A DNA stretch of 64,000 nucleotides, taken from positions 257,621 through 321,620 of the forward strand of contig CAZBGZ010000001.1 in NCBI GenBank assembly GCA_964491925.1, written 5' to 3'. The DNA comes from an uncultured Candidatus Saccharibacteria bacterium. GTDB lineage: Bacteria > Patescibacteriota > Saccharimonadia > Saccharimonadales > JAGQNJ01. Positions 9,898-19,573 of this stretch are shown piece by piece (position 1 is the first letter of the stretch; each line of letters opens with the position of its first letter). The translations under genes were made by a program, and so were the position numbers. Below the pieces are notes generated by a model. That model was not told where the DNA came from, did no database searches, and saw nothing but the letters and a program-made list of their open reading frames with translations.

Positions 9898-10317
9898 GTG
9901 CTAGTTACTGGTAGCAGCGAAGCAGAAAATATAATTAGCATTTTCCCCGAAGATTTTTTAACTTTGGCCAACCAAGCACAAACCAGGATCGATGCACTTG
10001 CTCCGTTTATTCCCTTGGTTTTAGATGTTGATAGTCCGGGGCGCCACGACGTCCCTAGTGCCGAGGAACCAATAGATTACGGAGGGACAAGCTGGATAGC
10101 GAGTGCGTATTGTTCAGATAAACCAACAAATTTATTTTTCCCTTCCGACGGAGTTGGTGTTGAAATTGCGAGGAAAGTTTGCGCAGACTGCGTAGTCAAG
10201 ATGCCTTGTTTGGAGTATGCATTGCGAGAGAGAATTGACCACGGCGTTTGGGGTGGAACCTCAGAGCGAGAAAGAAAAAGAATATTAAAACGACGCCAAC
10301 AAGAGGCGCAACGTTAG
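9898..10317 (+). CDS. WhiB-family (Wbl) Fe-S transcriptional regulator
   Basis: C...FFP...C-x2-C-x5-C..YAL...HGVWGGTSERER signature with four cysteines. Confidence 0.92.
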   Translation: MLVTGSSEAENIISIFPEDFLTLANQAQTRIDALAPFIPLVLDVDSPGRHDVPSAEEPIDYGGTSWIASAYCSDKPTNLFFPSDGVGVEIARKVCADCVVKMPCLEYALRERIDHGVWGGTSERERKRILKRRQQEAQR

Positions 10318-10332
10318 CGTATACTGTTAGGG

Positions 10333-12978
10333 ATGGTTGAGGAATCCAAAACAGACCGAAAACGACTGGTGGTGATAGACGGTAAGAGTGTTTTTTACCG
10401 TGGGTATTATGCCATGCCCAATTTGAGCACAAAAGATGGTACGCCTACTGGTGGCGTGCTGGGCTTTGCGACAATGGCCCTAGAGGTAATTCGAAAATTA
10501 AAGCCGGATTATGTATGTGTTGCCTGGGACAAATCCGGTACAAATATACGAAAACGCCTGGAGCTATACCCAGCCTACAAAGCTGGTCGTAAACCTGCTC
10601 CACCAGATTTCAAAGAGCAAATACCAGTACTACACGATTTACTAGAAACTTTTGGCTGGCCACTTTACGAACTGGACGATTACGAAGCCGACGACATTAT
10701 GGGCACACTGGCCGTTCAGGCCAAGGAGCAGGGTATTGATACAGCATTAGTCACCAGTGATTTAGATTTGTTACAGGTTATAAATGGCAACGTGCACGTC
10801 TATGCACTGAAAAAAGGGTTGTCTAATATCGACTTATTCCACCCCGAGAGTTTCAAAGAAAAATATGGCATTGATGTGCACCAGTTTTTGGACCTAAAGA
10901 GTATCAAGGGCGATAGTTCTGATAATATTCCGGGGGTGCCTGGCATCGGAGAGAAAGGCGCAGTTACACTACTGCAAAAATATAAAACCCTGGACGGAGT
11001 TTACGAGAACTTATGGGAGATAAAAGATAGTTTGCGCAACAAACTAGAAGCCGGTAAAGAATCAGCATATCTCAGCAAAAAACTAGCAGCCATTTGGACT
11101 GATGCACCTATAAAATTAGACTTAAAAGAAGTTAATGGCAGCAAGTGTGACCCGGTGGCACTTCGTGCAAAATTAGAAGAGTTAGAGTTTCGTAATCTTG
11201 CCAGACAACTACCAGAAATAATGCAGGTACCAGAAGAAGTAGAACAAAAAAAGTCTGAAAAACTGACTGTCGGCACTAGTATCCACATCGCGAATAATAA
11301 AGATTTGGACAAGCTGACTTTGCCGAAAACTAATAAACTAGTTATCCATAGCATTAGCGACAAGCCACATGGACAACAGCCGTTATCGCTAGCAATTTCG
11401 CCCGATCCCAAAACTACGATCATCTTTGACCTAGCCGCACTTGACCGCAAGGCAGTAACCAAAAAACTAAAAAACTACATCGAACAGGCCAGTCTTGTTG
11501 GATATGATCTAAAATCTACTTTTCAGGTGTTGTACAGTTTGGGTATCCATGAATCGAATGTCGAACACGATGTTTTGATAGGTAGCTTCTTGGTAAATAG
11601 TCTGCGCCGCGACAAAACCCTAAGCGAAATGGCGGCAAATGACCTTAACATCCACGTCGAGGAAACTACTAATGGCAAAGACGGGGTGGGTAGCGAAGCA
11701 GAAATCATTGCAATTATCCGTGGGCTTCATGCGCAACAAACGAAGCAATTAGCAGGGCTACCAAAGGTAGAAAAAATCGCAAAAAATATTGAGTGGCCAC
11801 TAACGCCAGTATTGGCGCGGATGGAATACGCCGGCATAAAGCTAGATATTAGCCAGCTGGAAACCATGGCAGGCGAGATTGAGGACACAATTTCTGACCT
11901 TGAGCAAAAAATATATGGTTTTGCAGACCAGGAGTTTAACATCGCTAGCCCTAGCCAGTTAGCAGAAATTTTGTTCAATAAAATGCAGTTGCCAACGGCA
12001 GGTGTGAAAAAGGGGAAGACTGGTTATTCAACCGCAGCGGCCGAACTAGAAAAACTAAAAGGCGAGCATCCAATTATTGATTTAATTAGCCAATACCGCG
12101 AGGTTACCAAGCTAAAGAATACTTACGTTGATACGCTACCGAATCAAGTTGATGCTAACTCGCGCGTGCACACAACTTTTGCTTTAACAGTGGCACAAAC
12201 GGGACGGTTGAGCTCTAACGACCCAAACTTGCAAAATATACCTGTGCGCACAGAACTAGGCAAACGAATCCGCGAAGCTTTTATACCAGAAAAGGGTAAT
12301 TTATTTGTTAGTGCCGACTATTCACAGTTCGAGCTTCGACTAGCGGCACATTTATCTGGCGACAAAGAAATGATTGATGCGTTTAACCACGATATTGATA
12401 TCCATGTTGCAACTGCAGCGCAGATTTACGATTGCAAACCAGAAGAAGTTACAAAAAACATGCGCCGTGATGCAAAAGTGGTGAATTTTGGCGTTATGTA
12501 TGGGCTTAGTACTCATGGGCTGGTGGCGGCAACTGGAATGTCTTACGACAAAGCGAAGGAATTTATTGATAAATATTTTGGAGTTCGGCCAAAGCTATTG
12601 GCGTATATAGAATCAGTTAAAGAACAGGCTAAAAAAGACGGTTATGTGGAGAATTTGCTAGGGCGCCGTCGACCATCACCAGATGTGCATTCATCTAACT
12701 TTATGGTCAGGGAAGGGGCTTACCGTGCTGCCGTTAACATGCCATTTCAAGGTACAGCCGCTGACATTATAAAGTTAGCAATGGTAGAGGTAGATAAAAA
12801 ACTGGATGATGACTGCTTGCAGCTGTTACAAATCCATGACTCTATTTTGGTAGAATGTCCTAAAGCCAAGAGTGAGCAAGTCGCGAAGATATTGAAAGAA
12901 ACCATGGAAAACATCTATAAATTATCCGTAAACCTAACAGTGGACACCTCAATAGGCAAAAACTGGGGCGAATTATGA
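10333..12978 (+). CDS. polA: DNA polymerase I
   Basis: 5'-3' exonuclease (EADD, GDSSDNIPGVPGIGEK), TGRLSSNDPNLQNIP, ADYSQFELR, AKVVNFGVMYG, QIHD. Confidence 0.98.
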   Translation: MVEESKTDRKRLVVIDGKSVFYRGYYAMPNLSTKDGTPTGGVLGFATMALEVIRKLKPDYVCVAWDKSGTNIRKRLELYPAYKAGRKPAPPDFKEQIPVLHDLLETFGWPLYELDDYEADDIMGTLAVQAKEQGIDTALVTSDLDLLQVINGNVHVYALKKGLSNIDLFHPESFKEKYGIDVHQFLDLKSIKGDSSDNIPGVPGIGEKGAVTLLQKYKTLDGVYENLWEIKDSLRNKLEAGKESAYLSKKLAAIWTDAPIKLDLKEVNGSKCDPVALRAKLEELEFRNLARQLPEIMQVPEEVEQKKSEKLTVGTSIHIANNKDLDKLTLPKTNKLVIHSISDKPHGQQPLSLAISPDPKTTIIFDLAALDRKAVTKKLKNYIEQASLVGYDLKSTFQVLYSLGIHESNVEHDVLIGSFLVNSLRRDKTLSEMAANDLNIHVEETTNGKDGVGSEAEIIAIIRGLHAQQTKQLAGLPKVEKIAKNIEWPLTPVLARMEYAGIKLDISQLETMAGEIEDTISDLEQKIYGFADQEFNIASPSQLAEILFNKMQLPTAGVKKGKTGYSTAAAELEKLKGEHPIIDLISQYREVTKLKNTYVDTLPNQVDANSRVHTTFALTVAQTGRLSSNDPNLQNIPVRTELGKRIREAFIPEKGNLFVSADYSQFELRLAAHLSGDKEMIDAFNHDIDIHVATAAQIYDCKPEEVTKNMRRDAKVVNFGVMYGLSTHGLVAATGMSYDKAKEFIDKYFGVRPKLLAYIESVKEQAKKDGYVENLLGRRRPSPDVHSSNFMVREGAYRAAVNMPFQGTAADIIKLAMVEVDKKLDDDCLQLLQIHDSILVECPKAKSEQVAKILKETMENIYKLSVNLTVDTSIGKNWGEL

Positions 12979-13448
12979 GCAGTAAAGATAAAGATTTATA
13001 CTACGTTGCCGTCAAGTTATTACTTCGAGACAAAGACCGTTTGCTTATTACACATGACATTTTTGGCGATTGGGATATTCCCGGCGGCCGTATTCGCAAA
13101 GAAGAGTTTGATAAACCACTTGAAACAGTTATCGAAAGAAAAATAAAAGAAGAACTAGGTGCTGATGTTCGATATTTGCTGGGCCAGCCATCTGTTTTTT
13201 TCAGAGTTGAAAGAAGAGAGGCTGGTTTAAACGGCAAGCTGGTTCGAATTTTTGCTATCGGTTATGAAGCCGTATATATTGACGGTGAAGTAAAGCTAGG
13301 CGATCATCATGATAGGTTAGATTGGGTCGATATAAATACTTTCAAGCCAGAGGAATATTTCAAAGGCGGCTGGGAGAATGGCATCCAAGACTATCTTAGT
13401 AAAAATATCTATTCTAAAAAACTAAACCACAAACCAACAAAAGCGTAA
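12975..13448 (+). CDS. NUDIX hydrolase
   Basis: WDIPGGRI...ERKIKEELG Nudix box variant. Confidence 0.8.
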   Translation: MSSKDKDLYYVAVKLLLRDKDRLLITHDIFGDWDIPGGRIRKEEFDKPLETVIERKIKEELGADVRYLLGQPSVFFRVERREAGLNGKLVRIFAIGYEAVYIDGEVKLGDHHDRLDWVDINTFKPEEYFKGGWENGIQDYLSKNIYSKKLNHKPTKA

Positions 13449-13454
13449 TTATAA

Positions 13455-14567
13455 ATGGCGGATCATAAACTCTCAAAACTACTTGAAACACAGATAAGTC
13501 TGACGGAATGGTTGGCAAAAATTAACCACGCTGATGCCAAACCGCTTCGTGAAGAGGACAACATAAAACGGCAGCGTCTGGGCCAGATAAACGAAATTAT
13601 CGGGTTGCCTTATGACAAGCCAACTTCATTCGCCGCCGAAGATATAAAAAAACGTACTCCAGAGTTCCAGAGTTTTTTGGATGAACATGGTGATGAGCTT
13701 TGCGCCTTGAGATTAATGCCTAAAAAAGGCGTTCATGCAGAGAAGCTCCGCAACAGAGGTAAATCAATCAGGGACGTACTAGGCTGGTTTGATAATCTGA
13801 ACATAAATGCATCAGACTACATGGCTGATTTTGTACCACACATCAACGATTACTCGTGGGCGACAATATTCGTAGTAAATGAAAAAGGAATAGTCGGCGA
13901 AATCTATAAGGGTGGACACCACGTTTTAACCCAAGGGCTTTACGTGGGCAAATCGCCAGTTGTTTTTGGCTATGATTTTGCCTCTAAGCAATGGCAGATT
14001 AGCCCAGCAAACGAAGAAGCTTTGAAATACTTGAAGGAAATGACTCAGCTTTTGAAAGTAGCCGATAAATCTACCCAGAGAAAACTAAATGAAACAGTCG
14101 GCGCTGAATTTTCTAGCGACTACATTAAAGGTTATTTTGAGACGACACATTCATACGCGCAAGGGACATGGTTCATAGACTACAATCGGTTACTAGGCGA
14201 TCGCTACGAAAACTATATACTCCAACAACCAAGTAAAACTGTAGAGGGACAAATAAAAGGGAGAACTGCTTGTTAGGGCAAAGTATCGGGGCGTATAAAA
14301 ATCGTAAATAACCCACAAAAAGGCGAGATAGATAAGGGTGATATTTTGGTATGTGAAATGACGACTCCCGATTATATTCCACTAATGATCAAGGCGAGCG
14401 GTATAATCACCGACAAGGGCGGGATTTTGTGCCATGCCGCGATTGTGGCCCGCGAATTAAACAAACCCTGCATTGTCGGTACCGAAAATGCTACAGCAGT
14501 TCTTAAAACGGGCGACGAAGTAATGATGAATGCAACAGAAGGCCGGGCTAGTTTGTCTAGAAAATGA
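13455..14567 (+). pseudogene. Protein with C-terminal PEP-utilizing (swiveling phospho-His) domain, interrupted by an in-frame TAG at 14274-14276
   Basis: Frame continues through the stop: IKGRTAC*GKVSGRIKIV...GDILVCEMTTPDY...GIITDKGGILCHAAIVARELNKPCIVG. Confidence 0.7.
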
Positions 14568-15111
14568 TTAGGGTGGCAATCGTGAAATAGATAGTTAGGC
14601 TAATCACGTCTTGAAATACGGATACGATAGGGTCGACGCCGCTGGCAGGGTCTATGTTCGCCTTATTCATTAGCGAGGTTGTTAAAAGTGAAAATACAGT
14701 TGCGGTTGCAATACTAGCCCACATAGCTAGACCGATAGTCAGTGCTACGGCATTAGAGTGAAGCCAATAACTAGTCACAAGTGCCGTAAAGCCACCAAAG
14801 ACTGCCCCTAACCCTAGCCCGACCATCAATTCTTTGAATAAATACACCTTGAACCTAGCCTGATGCAGCGTTAAATTACGAATATAAATAGTAGCCGTCT
14901 GTGTCCCGACAGAATCGCTCATATAGATAATAAGTGGGATAAAGAAGACCAGGCGAGGGTCGGAAGATAAAATTGTCTCGAATTTAGACACCAATACTGC
15001 GGTGCAAAGGCTAAGAACCACACCAATAAATAGCCAGGGTAAACGCAATTTTATCAGTTCCCATACAGTTTCCGTAGCATCGTTCGCGTAAACTCGCCTT
15101 TTTTTAACCAT
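14557..15111 (-). CDS. MgtE-type magnesium transporter, membrane domain only
   Basis: RLPWL, FIPLI...VGTQ, IDPA...PIVSVFQDV. Confidence 0.85.
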   Translation of the reverse strand: MVKKRRVYANDATETVWELIKLRLPWLFIGVVLSLCTAVLVSKFETILSSDPRLVFFIPLIIYMSDSVGTQTATIYIRNLTLHQARFKVYLFKELMVGLGLGAVFGGFTALVTSYWLHSNAVALTIGLAMWASIATATVFSLLTTSLMNKANIDPASGVDPIVSVFQDVISLTIYFTIATLIIF

Positions 15112-15179
15112 AACCTCTATATTTTACTCTATAAATCCAGAGTGGTAAGCTTGATATATTTGCACAAGCGTGTTATTAT

Positions 15180-15776
15180 ATGGTTGTTATGGATGTACGG
15201 AGACTGATTGCAATTTTTGTTACCATTATTGTGGTTATTTTCGGTACTATCATGATTTTCTCCATTGACTGGGGTGGTTCGAAAAAAGAAAAAGAACAAG
15301 AAAAAACAGCGATAGTCTTAACTGATTACGCCCAATCTAATGCAACAGTCAGCATGTATATGCGAGGTAATGTTAACAGCGACAAAGAGCACCAAGATCT
15401 ACGTATTACAGTGGGTAGAGATGAAGCAAAAGCAGAACTAATCAATGGCTACCAGAACAACGTTATAAAAACAGAATCAACAGCCAATAATCCAAATTCT
15501 TATCGTACTTTTCTTTCCGCACTATCTAACTCTGGTATTACGAAGACTCAGCAAGCACCGAAAGGCATTGACGCTGAAGGTGCTTGCCCAACAGGCGATT
15601 TGTATCGTTTCAGTTTCGCTGACTTTCCTGACCCTAGCCCTAGTGATACGTGGGCCACGTCTTGTGGTAAAAGGATAGGGACATTTGCGGGCAACCTCGC
15701 ATCAGTGAAGTCCTTATTTATTGATCAAATACCAGAAGACCAATACGATAGTCTGACTGAAAATACAGATTTTTAA
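15180..15776 (+). CDS. Hypothetical membrane-anchored exported protein
   Basis: N-terminal hydrophobic helix; C-terminal Cys pair (GACPTG, WATSC). Confidence 0.65.
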   Translation: MVVMDVRRLIAIFVTIIVVIFGTIMIFSIDWGGSKKEKEQEKTAIVLTDYAQSNATVSMYMRGNVNSDKEHQDLRITVGRDEAKAELINGYQNNVIKTESTANNPNSYRTFLSALSNSGITKTQQAPKGIDAEGACPTGDLYRFSFADFPDPSPSDTWATSCGKRIGTFAGNLASVKSLFIDQIPEDQYDSLTENTDF

Positions 15777-15805
15777 TATAACCTGCCCTAGGCTACAGTA
15801 AAGAT

Positions 15806-16384
15806 ATGATTAAAGCTATTATCTTTGATTGCTTTGGGGTTATTTACACTGATACTTTGGCAATTGTAGAGCGTAAATTCATCAAGCAAAATTCTGAAGA
15901 TATGGTCGCTATAAGAGACTTACGCCGCCAAAATGACCTAGGAATGCTGACTCGTGATGAATTTTGGAACCAAGCAGCGTCAATACTAGGTATCTCACGA
16001 GCAGAGCTAGACAAGCAAATATCTGGCACTACAGGAGCAGACTGGGAGCTTCTAGAATATATAAAACAGCTAAAGGGAAATTACAAAACAGCAATACTTT
16101 CGAACGTAGGGCAAGGTTTTCTAGAGCGAATCTTTGATGATGACCATCCCCAGAACAGCTATTTTGATACACTAATTGCTAGTGGTGATCATGGAATCAC
16201 AAAACCAGACAAAGAGATATACCTAATTGCCGCAGATCGGCTTGGGGTTGACGCACGAGACTGCGTATTTATCGATGACCTAGAGAAGCACACTGTGGGC
16301 GCCAGAGAAGTGGGCATGCAAACGATTATTTATAAAGATTTTGAGGATATGAAACAGCAACTAGAACAAATGTTAAAAAGCTAA
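15806..16384 (+). CDS. HAD-superfamily phosphatase
   Basis: IIFDCFGV, ILSN, KPD, FIDD motifs. Confidence 0.9.
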   Translation: MIKAIIFDCFGVIYTDTLAIVERKFIKQNSEDMVAIRDLRRQNDLGMLTRDEFWNQAASILGISRAELDKQISGTTGADWELLEYIKQLKGNYKTAILSNVGQGFLERIFDDDHPQNSYFDTLIASGDHGITKPDKEIYLIAADRLGVDARDCVFIDDLEKHTVGAREVGMQTIIYKDFEDMKQQLEQMLKS

Positions 16385-16620
16385 TCACTTTTTATCACTA
16401 GTTGTGTTTTGTCGGGGAGTAATGTTTTTAACTCTTCCATATGAAAACGCAGAGTACCGGCCAGTGCAGAGCCGGGAACAGATATGATTATCGTACGGCC
16501 AACTATCTGCAATTTGGGGGTCTCATCAAATTTTTCTTGAATAAACTTGCGGATAACATCAAATTCCACGGGCTCTGGCACAGCTCGCTTATTCAAAATT
16601 TCGCTTATATCACTTCCCAT
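16381..16620 (-). CDS. Small hypothetical protein, DciA/DUF721-like
   Basis: 'TIIISVPGSALAGTLRF' resembles the DciA KH-like core; start taken at MGSDIS. Confidence 0.5.
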   Translation of the reverse strand: MGSDISEILNKRAVPEPVEFDVIRKFIQEKFDETPKLQIVGRTIIISVPGSALAGTLRFHMEELKTLLPDKTQLVIKSD

Positions 16621-16805
16621 GTTTTTATTATTGCACACGATAAAAAACATTTAACAACATAAGTGATATTCCTCACAATACGTTGGATAGCCTTGACCCA
16701 AGGGTTTATAATTATTGACGAAGCATAAGCTTTAATAAAAATCACTTTATAAAGCAAAAAGTACCTTAAATAATAGTAAAAACTAACACAAAAAAGGAGG
16801 TTTGC

Positions 16806-17168
16806 ATGCAAGCATTTAGAGACACCGACGATGGGCCAAGAATTGAGCTACAATATGGCTTCGAAGTAGGAGAACTAATGGTTGTTGTTGATGCAGTTGA
16901 GCCCAAGGGAGTTCGGGGACGTGTTGGTAAGTTAGTCGCGCGTAGATCTTTAAGCAAAGTTGATACAAGTCCAGATACTTGGTCTGGTCATAGCCCCAAG
17001 ATCATACAAGGAATGGCAGCAGAGGTTATAACTGGTGCGTTAGTTGATGCGAAACGGGGTGATGGAGCCAGTCATGTGGTTGCCGCATCGCTAATGGGTG
17101 GTACTGCCCTGGAAGCTGATCTTTATGGCCTTGTAGAAATAGTTGCCATGGCTGACGTTGCTGCTTAG
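16806..17168 (+). CDS. Hypothetical protein
   Basis: 120-aa ORF with strong SD AGGAGG at about 16795-16800. Confidence 0.6.
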   Translation: MQAFRDTDDGPRIELQYGFEVGELMVVVDAVEPKGVRGRVGKLVARRSLSKVDTSPDTWSGHSPKIIQGMAAEVITGALVDAKRGDGASHVVAASLMGGTALEADLYGLVEIVAMADVAA

Positions 17169-17209
17169 AATAACCCCCCGGCAACCAAATAATCAGTTAC
17201 AATTAATGC

Positions 17210-18091
17210 ATGCCAGAGTTGCCAGAGGTTGAAACTATTAGAATTGGGCTTAGTAAGCTGTTGCCAGGGAAGACTGTAAAGGCAGTCGATTTTGATTGGC
17301 AAAAAAGTTTTCCAAATGCAAAGCATGATGTTGAGAATTTTCTAATTGGTTCAAAAATAACAGATGTAAAACGACGGGCAAAAGTACTTATAATCGATCT
17401 AGATTCAGGCTATTCACTTATTATTCACTTGAAAATGACAGGCCAATTGGTCTTCCGCAGCAATGACGACAAAGAGCGTTTTGGGGCAGGACACCCAACT
17501 AGCAGCCTAATAGATAATCTACCGGATAAATCTACTCACGTAACTCTAGATTTAGGCGATAGTAAGTTGTTCTTTAATGATCAGCGTAAGTTTGGCTGGG
17601 TTCGGCTAGTGCCCACGCTAGAAATTCTGCAGATCGATTTCTTCAAAAAAGTTGGTCCAGAACCCCTGGCAGACGACTTTAAACCCAAGGATTTTATTGA
17701 TCGGCTTTACCGTCGTAAAAAGTCTAAAATCAAACCCGTGCTACTGGATCAGGCAGTTATTGCAGGGGTAGGCAACATTTATGCCGACGAATCGCTATTT
17801 GCAGCTGGGATCCATCCAGAATCGGTAATCAAGGACATTAAAAAATCAAAACTGGAAATACTATTCAAAGAGCTACAATCAGTTTTACGGCTCAGTATCG
17901 AAAAAGGTGGTTCTACAGATAAGAATTACGTTGACGCCGAAGGTAAAAAAGGCAGTTATTTGACTTTTGCGAAGGTTTTTCGACGAGAGGGCAGCCCTTG
18001 TCAGGCCTGTGGAACAACTATCGAGAAGATTAGAGTAGCTGGCCGCGGTACTCATATCTGTCCAAGTTGTCAGAAAAGGGTGAAATCATGA
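17210..18091 (+). CDS. mutM: Formamidopyrimidine-DNA glycosylase
   Basis: MPELPEVE, HLKMTG, AGVGNIYADE, C-terminal zinc finger. Confidence 0.97.
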   Translation: MPELPEVETIRIGLSKLLPGKTVKAVDFDWQKSFPNAKHDVENFLIGSKITDVKRRAKVLIIDLDSGYSLIIHLKMTGQLVFRSNDDKERFGAGHPTSSLIDNLPDKSTHVTLDLGDSKLFFNDQRKFGWVRLVPTLEILQIDFFKKVGPEPLADDFKPKDFIDRLYRRKKSKIKPVLLDQAVIAGVGNIYADESLFAAGIHPESVIKDIKKSKLEILFKELQSVLRLSIEKGGSTDKNYVDAEGKKGSYLTFAKVFRREGSPCQACGTTIEKIRVAGRGTHICPSCQKRVKS

Positions 18092-19011
18092 CCATTACTT
18101 TAGTCGGCGAGAATACATATCTACTGAGAAAAGAACTGAGTAAAATTATTTCTGACTTCGAACAAGAATATGGGGATTTATCCATAGAACGGTTTGCGGG
18201 CGAGGTTGCGATCTTTGAACAAATTTTTAGTGCAATAACCAATCCTCCATTCCTAACATCTAGGAAGCTAGTAGTAGTTGAATCGATTTCTTTGGTCAAA
18301 GATATTAATACTAGGTTTGAGGAATTGCTAAGAGAGCCACAAGATCAGATTGATGTTGTGCTAGTCGACGATAAACTAGATAAGCGCTCAGGGCTGTACA
18401 AGCATCTGAAAAAACGCACTGACTATAAAGAGTTCGCAAATATGCCTGCTAATAACATTTCGGGTTGGGTTAAAGCAGAAGTAATAGCTAGGGGTGGCAG
18501 TATCGATGACCCAAGCGCCCGCCTATTGGTAGAATACATAGGTACAAATCAACAAAAGCTAAGCAATGAAATCGATAAGCTACTGCAATACAATTCAAAT
18601 ATTTCAGTCGACACTATTAATCTGCTCAGCGTAAAACAGCCTAGTACTACAATGTTTCAATTGCTGGATGCGCTATTCGCAAAAGACACAAAGCTCATGA
18701 TGAGTCTTTACGATGATCAAAGGAAACAACAAGTCGAACCACTAACGATTTTGTCCATGGTGCTTTGGCAGCTGCATATTTTAGCGGTCGTAAAGACAGC
18801 TCCGAAGGGCAAAAGCAGTGAACAAATAGCCAAAGACGCTGGAATCCATAGCTTTGTCGTCCAGAAATCAGTAAATATAGCCAGAAAAATGAGCCTGTCA
18901 CAGTTGAAGAAATTTATAAGTGATGTAGTTGATCTAGAAGTGAAGTTAAAAACCCAAACCGTTGATGCAGATGACGCGGTTAAGCATCTGTTGTTAAACG
19001 CAACAATGTAA
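18088..19011 (+). CDS. holA: DNA polymerase III subunit delta
   Basis: Overall HolA pattern (PFL..RKLVVV, LSNEIDKL, FQLLDAL, GIHSFVVQK); ATGA overlap with mutM; next to rpsT. Confidence 0.85.
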   Translation: MTITLVGENTYLLRKELSKIISDFEQEYGDLSIERFAGEVAIFEQIFSAITNPPFLTSRKLVVVESISLVKDINTRFEELLREPQDQIDVVLVDDKLDKRSGLYKHLKKRTDYKEFANMPANNISGWVKAEVIARGGSIDDPSARLLVEYIGTNQQKLSNEIDKLLQYNSNISVDTINLLSVKQPSTTMFQLLDALFAKDTKLMMSLYDDQRKQQVEPLTILSMVLWQLHILAVVKTAPKGKSSEQIAKDAGIHSFVVQKSVNIARKMSLSQLKKFISDVVDLEVKLKTQTVDADDAVKHLLLNATM

Positions 19012-19028
19012 CTTTTTTATGAATGGTG

Positions 19029-19391
19029 CTACTTTTTAGCAGCTGGTTTCTTGGCTGGGGATTTTTTGACGGCAGGCTTCTTTGTGACTATGGACTTCTT
19101 TGGGGTAGCGCTGGATTTTGTGATTTTAACACCGGCGGCTTTCGCTTGGCGGGCTAGTTGAGCCTTTTTGCGAGCAGCCTTATTCTTGTGCATAACATTC
19201 TTCTTTAATGCTTTATCTATCGCACTTTGGGCTTGTGATTGTGCATCTGAAGCTTTTTTGCTGTCTTTCTTTGACAGAGTTGCTTGGAATGATTTAACGG
19301 CACTTTTTATAGCACGCTTGGCTTTGTTATTGCGCGCAGCAGCTTTTTCAGCGATTTTAACTCGTTTTTTAGCAGATTTTATGATTGGCAT
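19029..19391 (-). CDS. rpsT: 30S ribosomal protein S20 with Lys/Ala/Pro-rich tail
   Basis: MPIIKSAKKR...IDKA.KKNVMHKNKAARKK. Confidence 0.95.
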   Translation of the reverse strand: MPIIKSAKKRVKIAEKAAARNNKAKRAIKSAVKSFQATLSKKDSKKASDAQSQAQSAIDKALKKNVMHKNKAARKKAQLARQAKAAGVKITKSSATPKKSIVTKKPAVKKSPAKKPAAKK

Positions 19392-19573
19392 GTATTCTAA
19401 CTATTCCTTTTCCTAATCGATTAATATTGTTATTAATTAGACCTTTAACTATACAAAGAAACGGCTTATTTGTAAACACCCTTGTGGGTAAGACCATTTT
19501 CGCTATGGACAAAACATTATGCTTATGGTACATTGTTACCGATACTAAAAAACAAACAAAAATCTAAAAAAAT

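Noticed and set aside
14274-14276. Genome-wide TAG or TGA recoding, or pyrrolysine
   Set aside because: TAG and TGA end many conserved genes at their expected positions, and no pyl genes are in the window.
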